Below are positions 30,458 through 40,041 of a stretch of 64,000 nt of DNA, one piece after another. Origin of the DNA: Minisyncoccota bacterium (lineage in GTDB: Bacteria > Patescibacteriota > Microgenomatia > UBA1400 > PJMF01); NCBI GenBank assembly GCA_012515515.1, contig JAAYYE010000006.1, positions 252-64,251 on the forward strand. The letters run 5' to 3'. The notes under the pieces are model-generated. The model saw nothing but the letters and a program-made list of their open reading frames with translations, searched no databases and was not told the origin of the DNA. The position numbers were made by a program, and so were the translations under genes. Position 1 is the first letter of the stretch. Each line of letters starts with the position of its first letter.

Positions 30458-32617
30458 ATGTACCAACTCACACATGCTTTAGATAAGGTCCGCGGAATAG
30501 GGGATAGTTGGACTACTGCTTTAGCGAAAAAAAATATTAATAGTATTTTGGATTTTTTGCTCTATTTGCCCATTCGCTATGAAGATCGTTCGCAAATTTT
30601 TTCCATAGCGCAACTCAAACGCCTACATAATTCAGTGCTAGTTGATGATGTCAATCCTGGGCTAAAAAATGAGCCAAATCATCAGCAACAAACGAGCAAA
30701 TTTGCTAAAAAAGAGCGGAATTATCAAGCAAAACAAGAGTTTTTTACACTAGTCATCAAGGTCAAAGATTATCGACAATATTATAAAGGGCGGCTACTGA
30801 TTGCTCGCGCCACCTTAGTTGATCAAAGTGGCGAATTACCAGCCATTTGGTTTAATAATAAATTTTTAAAAAACAAAATAAATGCTCAGCAACAATACTA
30901 TGCTTCTGGTCAATGGAAAAACGGCAGTTTACTGCAAGCCAATTTAGAAGCAATCACTACTGATAGCCCTCATACAGCGCGCTTGGTGCCGATTTATAGC
31001 CAAGTCACTCCATTTAAACAGGGTAGTTTACGCCGCTTACAAAAAGAAATTATCGATCACTTAAATCCTCAAGAACAACTACTTGCCAAGCAACTTACCA
31101 GTTCAAACAGCACCAGTCAAGTTTTTAGTAATGTGCAAGAGTTTTTCCAAGCCCTTCATTTTCCTCAATCAAGCCAAGATATCATCCAAGCTCGAGAACA
31201 ATTGGCTTTAGAAGAAATAATTTTTCTAATTAATAAGGCAAAAAAACTCAAAAAATCCTGGCAAGAAAATCACACTGCTCCCCAAATTGCCATTAATGCT
31301 CAAGAACTCATCCCCAGCACTTTGCCATTTGCCTTAACCAAAGCTCAACAAACAGCCATCAAAGAAATTAGCGCTGATTTACAAAAATCCACTGCCATGA
31401 ATCGACTCTTAATTGGCGATGTTGGTAGTGGCAAAACCGCAGTGGCAGCCATCGCTGCTTGGCACTGTTGTCTAGCTGGTCACAATGCTGCTCTCATAGC
31501 ACCAACGCAAATCTTAGCGCAACAACATTTACAAAGTATTAAAAATTTATTGCCTAAACAAAAAGTGCAATTAGTCACTGCTCAAACAAGCAAAAATTTT
31601 AAACTAGATTCAGCGACTTTATATATTGGTACTCATGCTTTAATCAATAAATTAGAAATCATCAAGCCAGCTTTAATTATTTATGACGAACAACATCGTT
31701 TTGGCACTAAGCAAAGACAAAGTCATCAGGCCCATCTTTTAACCATGAGTGCCACCCCCATTCCGCGCAGTTTAATGCTCACCATTTTTGCTCATTTGCA
31801 AAGTAGTATTCTTGATGAAATGCCAAGCAATAGAGTAATAGCAAAAAGCTGGGTAGTTCCTCAAGTAAAAGAGGAAGCTGCTATCATGTGGTTGGCAGAA
31901 CAATTGCTCAGTTCCAAAGACAAACAAGCATTTATCGTTTGTCCTTTTATTGACCCATCTCAACACGCTGCTTTAGAAAATGTGGCAGCAGTCAAAAATA
32001 GTCTCGAACAATTAGAAATAATATTAAACAAATATTATCAGCAACAAGGTCTTGCTAAAAACCAACACTTAAAAGTTGCCATCTTACACTCAAGGCTCAA
32101 AAAACAGGAACAACAAGCGATCATCGATCGTCTTTACCAAAAAGACATCCAAATTTTAGTTAGCACGCCGATGATTGAAGTAGGCATTGATTTACCCAAT
32201 GCTGATCTAATAGTTATTCAAGCTGCCGAGCGTTTTGGTTTGGCTAGTCTGCATCAATTACGGGGCAGAGTAGGCCGCGCTGGACAAAAAAGTTATTGTT
32301 TGTTGTTTAGCACTCAGCAAACAGAACCAGCCCCAAATAATTTATTAAATCGGCAGGAAAGCCACAAGCGTTTACAAATTTTTGCTCAAGAAAAAGATGG
32401 TTTCAAGTTGGCACAACTTGATTTACAACACAGGGGCGCCGGCGATATTTTTGGCAGTGCTCAAAGTGGCTTTAATAAATTGCAATTTGCCTCTTGGACC
32501 AACCTTAAAATCATCCAAGAAGCAAAAAAAATTAGTGAAGAGCAGCTTGATTATCAATCCCTCTTAACAGCCTATTTTGAAAAACAAGATTTTTTAAATA
32601 CTATTAATAATAATTAA
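30458..32617 (+). CDS. recG: ATP-dependent DNA helicase RecG
   Basis: GDVGSGKT, DEQHRFG, SATPIPR, LHQLRGRVGR, RGAGD. Confidence 0.95.
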   Translation: MYQLTHALDKVRGIGDSWTTALAKKNINSILDFLLYLPIRYEDRSQIFSIAQLKRLHNSVLVDDVNPGLKNEPNHQQQTSKFAKKERNYQAKQEFFTLVIKVKDYRQYYKGRLLIARATLVDQSGELPAIWFNNKFLKNKINAQQQYYASGQWKNGSLLQANLEAITTDSPHTARLVPIYSQVTPFKQGSLRRLQKEIIDHLNPQEQLLAKQLTSSNSTSQVFSNVQEFFQALHFPQSSQDIIQAREQLALEEIIFLINKAKKLKKSWQENHTAPQIAINAQELIPSTLPFALTKAQQTAIKEISADLQKSTAMNRLLIGDVGSGKTAVAAIAAWHCCLAGHNAALIAPTQILAQQHLQSIKNLLPKQKVQLVTAQTSKNFKLDSATLYIGTHALINKLEIIKPALIIYDEQHRFGTKQRQSHQAHLLTMSATPIPRSLMLTIFAHLQSSILDEMPSNRVIAKSWVVPQVKEEAAIMWLAEQLLSSKDKQAFIVCPFIDPSQHAALENVAAVKNSLEQLEIILNKYYQQQGLAKNQHLKVAILHSRLKKQEQQAIIDRLYQKDIQILVSTPMIEVGIDLPNADLIVIQAAERFGLASLHQLRGRVGRAGQKSYCLLFSTQQTEPAPNNLLNRQESHKRLQIFAQEKDGFKLAQLDLQHRGAGDIFGSAQSGFNKLQFASWTNLKIIQEAKKISEEQLDYQSLLTAYFEKQDFLNTINNN

Positions 32618-32714
32618 ACGCAGAAATTAGATAACAACTAGATAATAATAATTAAGTACAATAAACAGTAAAAAGCGCTTGTTCTTGTTTCTTTTTTGCT
32701 TTATGATGAATAAT

Positions 32715-33503
32715 ATGTCCAAAATTTCTTCCCGCCCGATGAGTGGTCAGATTGGTATTATTGTGGTGTTGATCACGGCTGCTGCTCTAACTTTTGGTCT
32801 GTCTGTAGCTAATCGAGTAGTCCAAGAGAATAAGGTTGTTGTAGATCGTAGCGATTCAATTAGAACTTTCAATACTGCTGAAACCGGTGTTGACACCGCT
32901 CTCAACAAAATTTTTCAATATGAAAGTGGCTCGATACCTCTACCAGTTGGAAATGTTGTCGATGATGATCTAAACAAAGTTTCAATTGCCCAAAGTAATT
33001 CTTATGAGGGTCACATTAATCAGGGAGAAAGTTTGCAAATTGATTTAACGGGTATTGGTGGAAATATTACAATTAATTGGTCTAAAACTGCTTGCTCCTC
33101 AACTCATAAAATAGGTTTATTAATAACCCTGTTGCACCGCAGTGGCAGCGAGTATCAAAGTAATTATTATTTACTTGCTCACAGCGATTGTTTACATAGT
33201 AGTCAACAAAATTTTATAGGAGCCACGGCCACTGGTGGCACATTTAAATATAGCTATAATTTTTCATTACCAGCTTCCGCCGATGCAAGTCTATTAATTC
33301 AGCCACTGGGTGCTGCAACCGATATTAACATTACCAACGCACCTGGCCTGATCGCCAACACCCAATATGAAATCGAATCTCGGGCAACAAGTGATAGTGA
33401 AAATGCAGTTAGTAATAAAACAATCAAAGTCAGTAAAAGCGTGCCTAGCGCACCAGGATTTATGAGCTTTGCTTTATTTAGCGGAGGTAATATCGTAAAA
33501 TAG
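32715..33503 (+). CDS. PilX-like minor pilin
   Basis: SG|QIGIIVVL hydrophobic N-terminus, AETGVD motif; ATG 32715 lies 7 nt after TATGAT; precedes pilM. Confidence 0.7.
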   Translation: MSKISSRPMSGQIGIIVVLITAAALTFGLSVANRVVQENKVVVDRSDSIRTFNTAETGVDTALNKIFQYESGSIPLPVGNVVDDDLNKVSIAQSNSYEGHINQGESLQIDLTGIGGNITINWSKTACSSTHKIGLLITLLHRSGSEYQSNYYLLAHSDCLHSSQQNFIGATATGGTFKYSYNFSLPASADASLLIQPLGAATDINITNAPGLIANTQYEIESRATSDSENAVSNKTIKVSKSVPSAPGFMSFALFSGGNIVK

Positions 33504-33515
33504 AAACTAATCAAT

Positions 33516-34526
33516 ATGTCAATCACTGCCCTAGACATTGGTACTCATACCATTAAAGCCATTTCAGCAAAAACTGGTAAGCAAATTCAATTGCTCCAAA
33601 CAGTTGACGTTCCCAATACACTTAATCTCCTCATCCCGCAAAACGAACAAGAAAGCGCTCAATTTAGCGAAATGATTGCTAATTTAATGAATGATTTCAA
33701 ACTTGATGCCAGCGATGTGCGCTTAAGCTTGCCCGAATCAGTCATTGCTAATAAAGTAATCGAAGTACCAGTGCTGACTAATGCCGAATTAGCCAGTGCT
33801 ATTGGTTGGCAAGCAGAACAATACATCCCCATTCCAAAAGATGATCTATCACTGGAATATCAAGTTCTAGCTCGACCAAATAATAAAAATGCAGAGGCAA
33901 AAATGAAGGTTTTGCTAGTTGCTTCTCGCAGATCTTTTATTGAAAAACTAAACGATGTTTTTCTTGGCCTGGGTATTGAGCCAACCATTATGGAAACACA
34001 AATCTTTTCCATTATTAGAGCTCTTGAGTTGACTAGCGAAGATCCAGAAACCCTGATTGTTCACATGGGAGCTAGCAATCTTGACCTGGCAGTGGTAGCC
34101 AATGGCCTATTCGACTTTATCTTTAGCAGTAAAAATGGCTCACAATTGGTCACTAATTCCATTGCTCAAAGCTTTGGTCTTGATCTTAAACAAGCCGAAG
34201 AATACAAAACTAGCTATGGTTTAAACGCAGAACAACTTGAGGGAAAATTGGTGCAGGTAATGTTGCCAATTGTTAATAACGTTGTTGTCGAAATTCAAAA
34301 AGCCCTACATTATTTTAGTCAATTACATCCTGGCCAAACAATCAAACGAATAATTTTATCAGGCGGACCAGCAGAAATGATTGGTTTTAGTCAATATCTA
34401 GCGCAACAAGTCAATGCTGAAATTTTGTTAATGAATCCTTTTGCGACAGCAAAAGGCCAAATCCCTGAGACCAAGCAGTTGCATTACACCGTCTGCATGG
34501 GTCTGTTAATGAGAAAATTGTCATGA
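33516..34526 (+). CDS. pilM: Type IV pilus assembly protein PilM
   Basis: ALDIGTHTIK, AEQYIP, ILSGG actin-like fold. Confidence 0.92.
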   Translation: MSITALDIGTHTIKAISAKTGKQIQLLQTVDVPNTLNLLIPQNEQESAQFSEMIANLMNDFKLDASDVRLSLPESVIANKVIEVPVLTNAELASAIGWQAEQYIPIPKDDLSLEYQVLARPNNKNAEAKMKVLLVASRRSFIEKLNDVFLGLGIEPTIMETQIFSIIRALELTSEDPETLIVHMGASNLDLAVVANGLFDFIFSSKNGSQLVTNSIAQSFGLDLKQAEEYKTSYGLNAEQLEGKLVQVMLPIVNNVVVEIQKALHYFSQLHPGQTIKRIILSGGPAEMIGFSQYLAQQVNAEILLMNPFATAKGQIPETKQLHYTVCMGLLMRKLS

Positions 34527-35179
34527 CAGAAATAAACTTTTTGTCTAGCCGAACTAGACATAAACAAAAACAAAGAGAACAAGACAAAAAACTCTTTAAA
34601 ATATCCAGCATTGTTTTAATAGTGGTCGTCAGCATTCTAGTGGTCATTATTGGTGTAAAACTGGTAATTAATTTAAGAATTAAAGATAAAAACAAAACCA
34701 TCACTAGCTTAAAACAAACCATTGTCGAAAAAGAAGCAGTTGAGTTATCTTACCTAATTTTTGTCAACAAACTGAAAGCAGTTGGAGAAATTTATGCCTC
34801 ACGCAGTGACAAACAAACAGCAATGAATTATTTTGCTGACTTAATGAGCGATGTCGCAACGATTACTGCCATGAATTACGAAGAAGAGAGCGGGGGATTA
34901 ACATTAAGTTTAGATCATCAAAACGTTTTTTTCCTAGAAAAAAGCACAGCCATCCTTGATTCTCCACAGGTCAAAGAGGCTTATAAAAACGTCAAAAGGG
35001 GTTCCTTAACTCGTGCAGATCAGGGTAATTATGTATTAAATTTAACAATTCAATTAAAAACCGTAGAAGACTTGGGCCTATTTGATGCTACTCCAGTAGA
35101 AGATGAATTTGATGTCAATCTTGATCAAGAAATAAACAATGATCTTGAATCAGAAAGCTTGATAGAGGAATTAAATTAA
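34523..35179 (+). CDS. pilN: PilN-like protein
   Basis: EINFL PilM-binding N-terminus, TM, position after pilM. Confidence 0.75.
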   Translation: MTEINFLSSRTRHKQKQREQDKKLFKISSIVLIVVVSILVVIIGVKLVINLRIKDKNKTITSLKQTIVEKEAVELSYLIFVNKLKAVGEIYASRSDKQTAMNYFADLMSDVATITAMNYEEESGGLTLSLDHQNVFFLEKSTAILDSPQVKEAYKNVKRGSLTRADQGNYVLNLTIQLKTVEDLGLFDATPVEDEFDVNLDQEINNDLESESLIEELN

Positions 35180-36076
35180 ATGGCAGAGAACAAAGAAAAA
35201 TTCAACTATCGATTAATTTGGAACACTCGCAAGGAATTAGTCTTGGCAATCTTGTGCTTTGTCCTGGCTGTTTTCATCTTATTTATGCTTGTTCTAAAAC
35301 AAATCGAACCAGTTAAAGGCGTTTTTGCACAATTAGAAAAAACCAATCTAGAATTAGAGAAGTTTCAAACAAAAGTTGACGAGCTCAACAACATTTCAAT
35401 AGATGGTGAATACAATAAAATGACCGAAATTGACAGTGTGCTTCCATCTTATAAACCATTATTAGAGCTGCTCAACAATCTTAATAGCGTGGCATTACAA
35501 AGCAACACCCTGATTAAAAACTTTTCTCTTGCTCCTGGAGAAATTGCCACTGATAGCACCTTAGTTGCTAGAACTAGAAGACAACAATTTTACGATGAAT
35601 TAGTTTTAGAATTTTCCGTTTCTGGCACCCTGGCTGATGTGCAAAATTTTATGAATCTCATTGAACTGGTCACACCGCTTAGCACCATCACCAACATTTC
35701 GCTCAATCAACAAATGAATGCTGATAGTGCAATAGAAACAACTGCCAACCTTACCCTAAAAACTTTTTATTTTACCCAACCGATTACTGTAACCTTAACC
35801 GAAGCTTTACCGCCAATCGAAGATGAAGATTTAATTGTTTTGGAAGAAATTAAAAAATTAATTCCAAACAACTTACCCACTCAAGAAGAAATCATTAAAA
35901 ATGATCGAGGTAATTTATTCAATCTTCAAGGGATGAGTATTGAGGAATTAGAAAATCAGCTAACAGTCACCGACACTGACTCCGATCAAGTCGAATGGCA
36001 AACAGTTGATGAAACTGGGCAAATTGTTGAGGAAACTGGAGAAATTATTAACGAAACCGGGCAAATTATCGAGTAG
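35180..36076 (+). CDS. pilO: PilO-like protein with acidic repeat tail
   Basis: TM plus coiled coil, VLPS, FSVSG..F...IE; C-terminal ETG(Q/E)I repeats. Confidence 0.75.
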   Translation: MAENKEKFNYRLIWNTRKELVLAILCFVLAVFILFMLVLKQIEPVKGVFAQLEKTNLELEKFQTKVDELNNISIDGEYNKMTEIDSVLPSYKPLLELLNNLNSVALQSNTLIKNFSLAPGEIATDSTLVARTRRQQFYDELVLEFSVSGTLADVQNFMNLIELVTPLSTITNISLNQQMNADSAIETTANLTLKTFYFTQPITVTLTEALPPIEDEDLIVLEEIKKLIPNNLPTQEEIIKNDRGNLFNLQGMSIEELENQLTVTDTDSDQVEWQTVDETGQIVEETGEIINETGQIIE

Positions 36077-36109
36077 TGAGAAGCAAAATTCCCTGATAAC
36101 TAAGCGCAA

Positions 36110-36361
36110 TTATTGAGCAGTAAAAGGCTTATCTTCGACCAATTCAATCCCAACTCGCAACTGATCTTTAATCGCTCTCACTTGAGCTAATTTGCGAATC
36201 GCTCTGATGACTTTACCACCTTTGCCAATCACTCGTCCGTAATCTTCTTCATTCAGTTTAATCAAGTACTTCTGAAAACCAGCTTCTTCATTTTTTTCAA
36301 TGGCTAGGTCTTCAGGAAACTTGATGATTCTCAGTAAGATAAATTCTAATAAACTTTGCAT
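36110..36361 (-). CDS. khpA: KH-domain RNA-binding protein KhpA
   Basis: DYGRVIGKGGKVIRAIR; downstream of rpsP. Confidence 0.9.
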   Translation of the reverse strand: MQSLLEFILLRIIKFPEDLAIEKNEEAGFQKYLIKLNEEDYGRVIGKGGKVIRAIRKLAQVRAIKDQLRVGIELVEDKPFTAQ

Positions 36362-36370
36362 TTTTTTTCT

Positions 36371-36856
36371 TTAAGCTTTTTCGGCTGTTTCAGCTGGTGC
36401 TTCTGCTTCTTGTGCGGCTGGAGCTTCGGCTGCTACGCTTGCTTCTGTCTCAGCCACCTCTGCTGTTTCTGCTGGAACTTCGGCAGGAGTTTCTACAGGA
36501 GCTTCTGCTGGCTTTGCCACTTCCACTTCTTCTTTTTTCTCTTTTTTGCCCTCTGCTGCTTCTTTTAACTTAGCTTGAGCTTTTTTAGATAATTTGGCTT
36601 TTTTTTCTGGGAAAAGTTTACCTGATTTAACTCGCTTATAAAGAGCTGCCACCGTTTCAGTAGGCTGAGCACCTTTAGCAATCCATGATTCATAGGCTTT
36701 TAGATCAAGTTCTAAAACTTTAGGTTGATAAGTAGGCGAATAATGACCCAATAAGGCCACATATTTGCCATCGCGTCGATCGCGTGCCTCATTTACCACA
36801 ATACGATAATGGGCTTGATTTTTTTTACCAAAACGAGCTAATTTAATTTTCAACAT
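36371..36856 (-). CDS. rpsP: 30S ribosomal protein S16 with Ala/Glu/Pro-rich tail
   Basis: MLKIKLARFGKK..YRIVV, GAQPTETV. Confidence 0.97.
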   Translation of the reverse strand: MLKIKLARFGKKNQAHYRIVVNEARDRRDGKYVALLGHYSPTYQPKVLELDLKAYESWIAKGAQPTETVAALYKRVKSGKLFPEKKAKLSKKAQAKLKEAAEGKKEKKEEVEVAKPAEAPVETPAEVPAETAEVAETEASVAAEAPAAQEAEAPAETAEKA

Positions 36857-36912
36857 ACCGGAGGATTCTACAAGAAAAATACAAATATCTCAAGGGCAAG
36901 TTTCGGAAAAAC

Positions 36913-37608
36913 TTAACTAGAGATCGAGTGCGCGTCATCTTCACCTGCTAGCTTTTGCAAAGCCATGGCCGCACTCGCTTGCTGCGCTCGCTGTTTGCTA
37001 TTGCCCGTCCCAACACCCCAAACTTTGTCATTAATTAATACCTCAACAGTAAAAGTTTTATGATGATCTGGTCCTTCTTCCTTAACTACTCGATAAATTG
37101 GCGTCGGCAAGGATTGCGCTTGGACAGTTTCTTGTAATAAACTTTTCTGATCGCGATAAGCCTTGGTGCTTAAAATATGACTAAATTTGGGAAATAAGAC
37201 TTTAGCTAAAAACTCCTCAACGACAGCGTAACCCTGATCTAAATAAAGCGCACCAATCACTGCTTCAAGCACATCAGCCAAAAGACTAGGATTATCGCGG
37301 CCACCACCAGCTTCTTCTCCTTTGCTGAGATACATCTGTTGATCTAAACCCAACTCTTTAGCCAATTCAGCTAAACTCTCCGTACGCACTAAGGCACTGC
37401 GATAAGTGGTCAACATTCCTTCAGCATCACTGGGTCGCTGTTGATAAAGAAAAATGGTACTGGCCAACTCAATCACCGCATCACCAAGAAATTCTAGGCG
37501 CTCATTTGATTCACTAGCTGCTGTACCAGACTGTTCTTTTTCATTCAGCGCACTGCGATGGGTCAGGGCCGTCATTAACAAGTGGGGATCATTAAACTTT
37601 GGCAACAT
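36913..37608 (-). CDS. rnc: Ribonuclease III
   Basis: ALTHRS, NERLEFLGDA, dsRBD. Confidence 0.97.
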   Translation of the reverse strand: MLPKFNDPHLLMTALTHRSALNEKEQSGTAASESNERLEFLGDAVIELASTIFLYQQRPSDAEGMLTTYRSALVRTESLAELAKELGLDQQMYLSKGEEAGGGRDNPSLLADVLEAVIGALYLDQGYAVVEEFLAKVLFPKFSHILSTKAYRDQKSLLQETVQAQSLPTPIYRVVKEEGPDHHKTFTVEVLINDKVWGVGTGNSKQRAQQASAAMALQKLAGEDDAHSISS

Positions 37609-37621
37609 AAGTAAACCTATT

Positions 37622-37891
37622 TTAACCCAATTCGTATTCGTCGTGAATTAGCTTAGCCAACTCGGCAACAGTGGCACCTGCTTCGCTGAGCTCTTCCATG
37701 ACTACATCTGGATCTAATTCAATGGCAAACTGGCGATTGATTAAACTAACTAAGCGCGTTAAATCTTCATCTAGATTTAAGCCCAAATCTTCTTCTAAAC
37801 TGGCCTCAGGCCTAATTTCTTGACGACTGAGGACCGTCATTGTTTCTAATAAATCTTGGACTTGTGAAAAAAATTGCGCATCTACATTCAT
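37622..37891 (-). CDS. Acyl carrier protein-like protein lacking the phosphopantetheinylated Ser
   Basis: 89 aa, acidic; EIRPEASLEEDLGL, FAIEL, TVAEL match the ACP pattern, but DSLD is replaced by NLDED. Confidence 0.7.
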   Translation of the reverse strand: MNVDAQFFSQVQDLLETMTVLSRQEIRPEASLEEDLGLNLDEDLTRLVSLINRQFAIELDPDVVMEELSEAGATVAELAKLIHDEYELG

Positions 37892-37917
37892 GGTTTACTT
37901 TCTATTTCTATGAAAAA

Positions 37918-38406
37918 CTAGCTTTTTTGCTCTACTTTTAAGGCTTTTTTTGGCTTTTTAGCAGCCGGTTTTTTAGTTTTTTTGCTAGCTGCTTTCTTTG
38001 TTTTTTTACTAGCTACTTTCTTTGTTGTCGGCGCTTCTGGCAAAAAAAGAATTTTGCCCAAAACTCCATTAATAAATTTTGGCGAACTGTCGGTGCCAAA
38101 TTCTTTGGCTAATTCAATTGCCTCATCAACCAAAACTTTTTTAGGCGTATCTTGAGTTCGACTTTCAAAAACAATTAAACGCAAAATAGCTAAATCAATT
38201 TTGTTAATGTCATAAAGCGGTCGCTCGGGAGCATAGGCTGCCAGTTGCTGGTCGATATCTGGCAATTCCTCAACCAAATCAGCAAACCAGACTCGATCAG
38301 GCGCGGCCAAAATCATTGGCTCCGTTTCTGGATCCTGGGGCCTTAAAAAGGTCCTAGCAAATAAAATTTGCATGCGCTCAATGCGCCGACTATGACGTTC
38401 ATCCAT
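37918..38406 (-). CDS. nusB: Transcription antitermination factor NusB
   Basis: IDLAILRL, DEAIELAKEFG...SPKFINGVLG; Lys-rich tail. Confidence 0.93.
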   Translation of the reverse strand: MDERHSRRIERMQILFARTFLRPQDPETEPMILAAPDRVWFADLVEELPDIDQQLAAYAPERPLYDINKIDLAILRLIVFESRTQDTPKKVLVDEAIELAKEFGTDSSPKFINGVLGKILFLPEAPTTKKVASKKTKKAASKKTKKPAAKKPKKALKVEQKS

Positions 38407-38494
38407 GACAGTAGATTAGGGGAAAAAAGTTAAAGATGCAAGAGGGAATTTGCCTTCTTTTTGCTCAAGAGCCAGATCCACCAAGCAATTAAAC

Positions 38495-38653
38495 TTAGTT
38501 AATACCTAATTTTTTGAAAATACTAGCCGTCAAACCCTGTTTGTGGGCTGGGGTAGAGGCGCGTTTAATATCTTTTTTAAGATTTGGTTTATTACCCGCT
38601 CGTCGCTTACCTTGCTCAACTCGAGTGATTTTGTTTTTTGGTAAAGCTCCCAT
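38495..38653 (-). CDS. rpmF: 50S ribosomal protein L32, 52 aa, Cys-free (not in ORF track)
   Basis: MGALPKNKITRVEQGKRRAG... resembles the L32 N-terminus (MAVPKRKTS..RR..RR); lies upstream of nusB-acp-rnc. Confidence 0.8.
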   Translation of the reverse strand: MGALPKNKITRVEQGKRRAGNKPNLKKDIKRASTPAHKQGLTASIFKKLGIN

Positions 38654-38813
38654 GAGATCCTTTTTATTTAAAAATGTTGATAAATAAGGGCTTTATTTTA
38701 AGGCTAAGCCAGCAAAAAGGCAAGGGGAGAGCTGGTCAGTAAAATTGCCAATAAGCTCGCTCTTGCTAAATTAATCAGCTAGTCCTATAATAATAGATAG
38801 GGAATAAAAATAT

Positions 38814-39953
38814 ATGGCAAACATTGAACAACAAAAAGATAGCAAAGTTAATAACGAAGTAGCTCAGCATGACAAGTTAAACAAGTTAAGAAGACAAATT
38901 TATAAAGCCTTAGGGCCAGCCCTTGTCGCAACCATGCTCGCAGCTGGCTGTGTGCCTGAAAGTGGCGTTACTGAACCGAAGCCAGCCATTACCCAAGCAA
39001 TTGGCGATGCCGAGCCAACTCCTGAAGAAGAAGACCCTGAATTGGGCACTGAAGTTGTTCTTGTTAGCCCCGAAGCCAGCGAAACAGTTATTGCCAGCCC
39101 AACTTTAGAAAATACCCCCACCAAAACAGCTACTGCCACACCAGAGGCAACGGCTACACAAGAAAACACTGCCACACCAGAGGCCACAGCCGCTCCTAAA
39201 GAATTAACTCAGGCTCAAATTCGCTCTGAAATTTTAAAAGCTGGCGTTAATCTTGACGATCTAGCTAGCTCCACTGATGAGTGGACTAGCAGCCACCTAG
39301 CTTTAGATGTCATCCAAAACTCCATTGATCATGAAAATTTTGGTAGAGAAGGAGAAAATTGGGTGACCACCGTAGTGATTGGCTTAGAAGAAGCAATTAA
39401 AAATCCACAAGAGTTAGAGCAAGCGATACCCACTGATGGCGGTTGGAAACTAATGGCTTTTGTTAAGGTGGCTTTTAAAGATGTGAGTGGCGATTGGCAA
39501 ATTGCCAAATTGCCAGTGGTGGCTTTTCATGAAGACAATAACTTGATTTGGATGAAACCAGCTAGTATCAAGTCAGAACCAAACTTTTTTGATGTTAATA
39601 TGTTATTGCCACGTGATGAAAACAATTTATATATACTTGATGAAAAAAAGAATTTCATTAATCCACCCATTAACTTTTGGACTGGAACTAATGATGCACG
39701 TGGCTACCATCATGGCATTGGCAGCTTTATTAAATTCTTTACTGCCTCGGTAGATGATCCACGCTACGCCGGCAATGATTGTCTTATTGGAGAACCCCCT
39801 CGCTACACTGAAGAGCAACTAATTGAGTTTAGAAAAACCGGTGATCCACATATTTTTGGCTATAAAGATGTCAAAGCCTATCCCATCATTTGGCCATTGA
39901 CTACTTTTCAAGCTGATTTGTCTGACAAAAATTTTTATAATAATCAGCCTTAA
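38814..39953 (+). CDS. Putative lipoprotein with Thr/Pro/Ala stalk and uncharacterised C-terminal domain
   Basis: LAAG-C lipobox after a hydrophobic stretch; TATPEATA repeats. Confidence 0.75.
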   Translation: MANIEQQKDSKVNNEVAQHDKLNKLRRQIYKALGPALVATMLAAGCVPESGVTEPKPAITQAIGDAEPTPEEEDPELGTEVVLVSPEASETVIASPTLENTPTKTATATPEATATQENTATPEATAAPKELTQAQIRSEILKAGVNLDDLASSTDEWTSSHLALDVIQNSIDHENFGREGENWVTTVVIGLEEAIKNPQELEQAIPTDGGWKLMAFVKVAFKDVSGDWQIAKLPVVAFHEDNNLIWMKPASIKSEPNFFDVNMLLPRDENNLYILDEKKNFINPPINFWTGTNDARGYHHGIGSFIKFFTASVDDPRYAGNDCLIGEPPRYTEEQLIEFRKTGDPHIFGYKDVKAYPIIWPLTTFQADLSDKNFYNNQP

Positions 39954-40041
39954 TCTACAAGCAACTAAAAAGCTCAGTAATTGGCTGATAAAGAGCGTTT
40001 CATTCTTGACGATTGGCTTTAATATCTTTAAACTAAATTAA

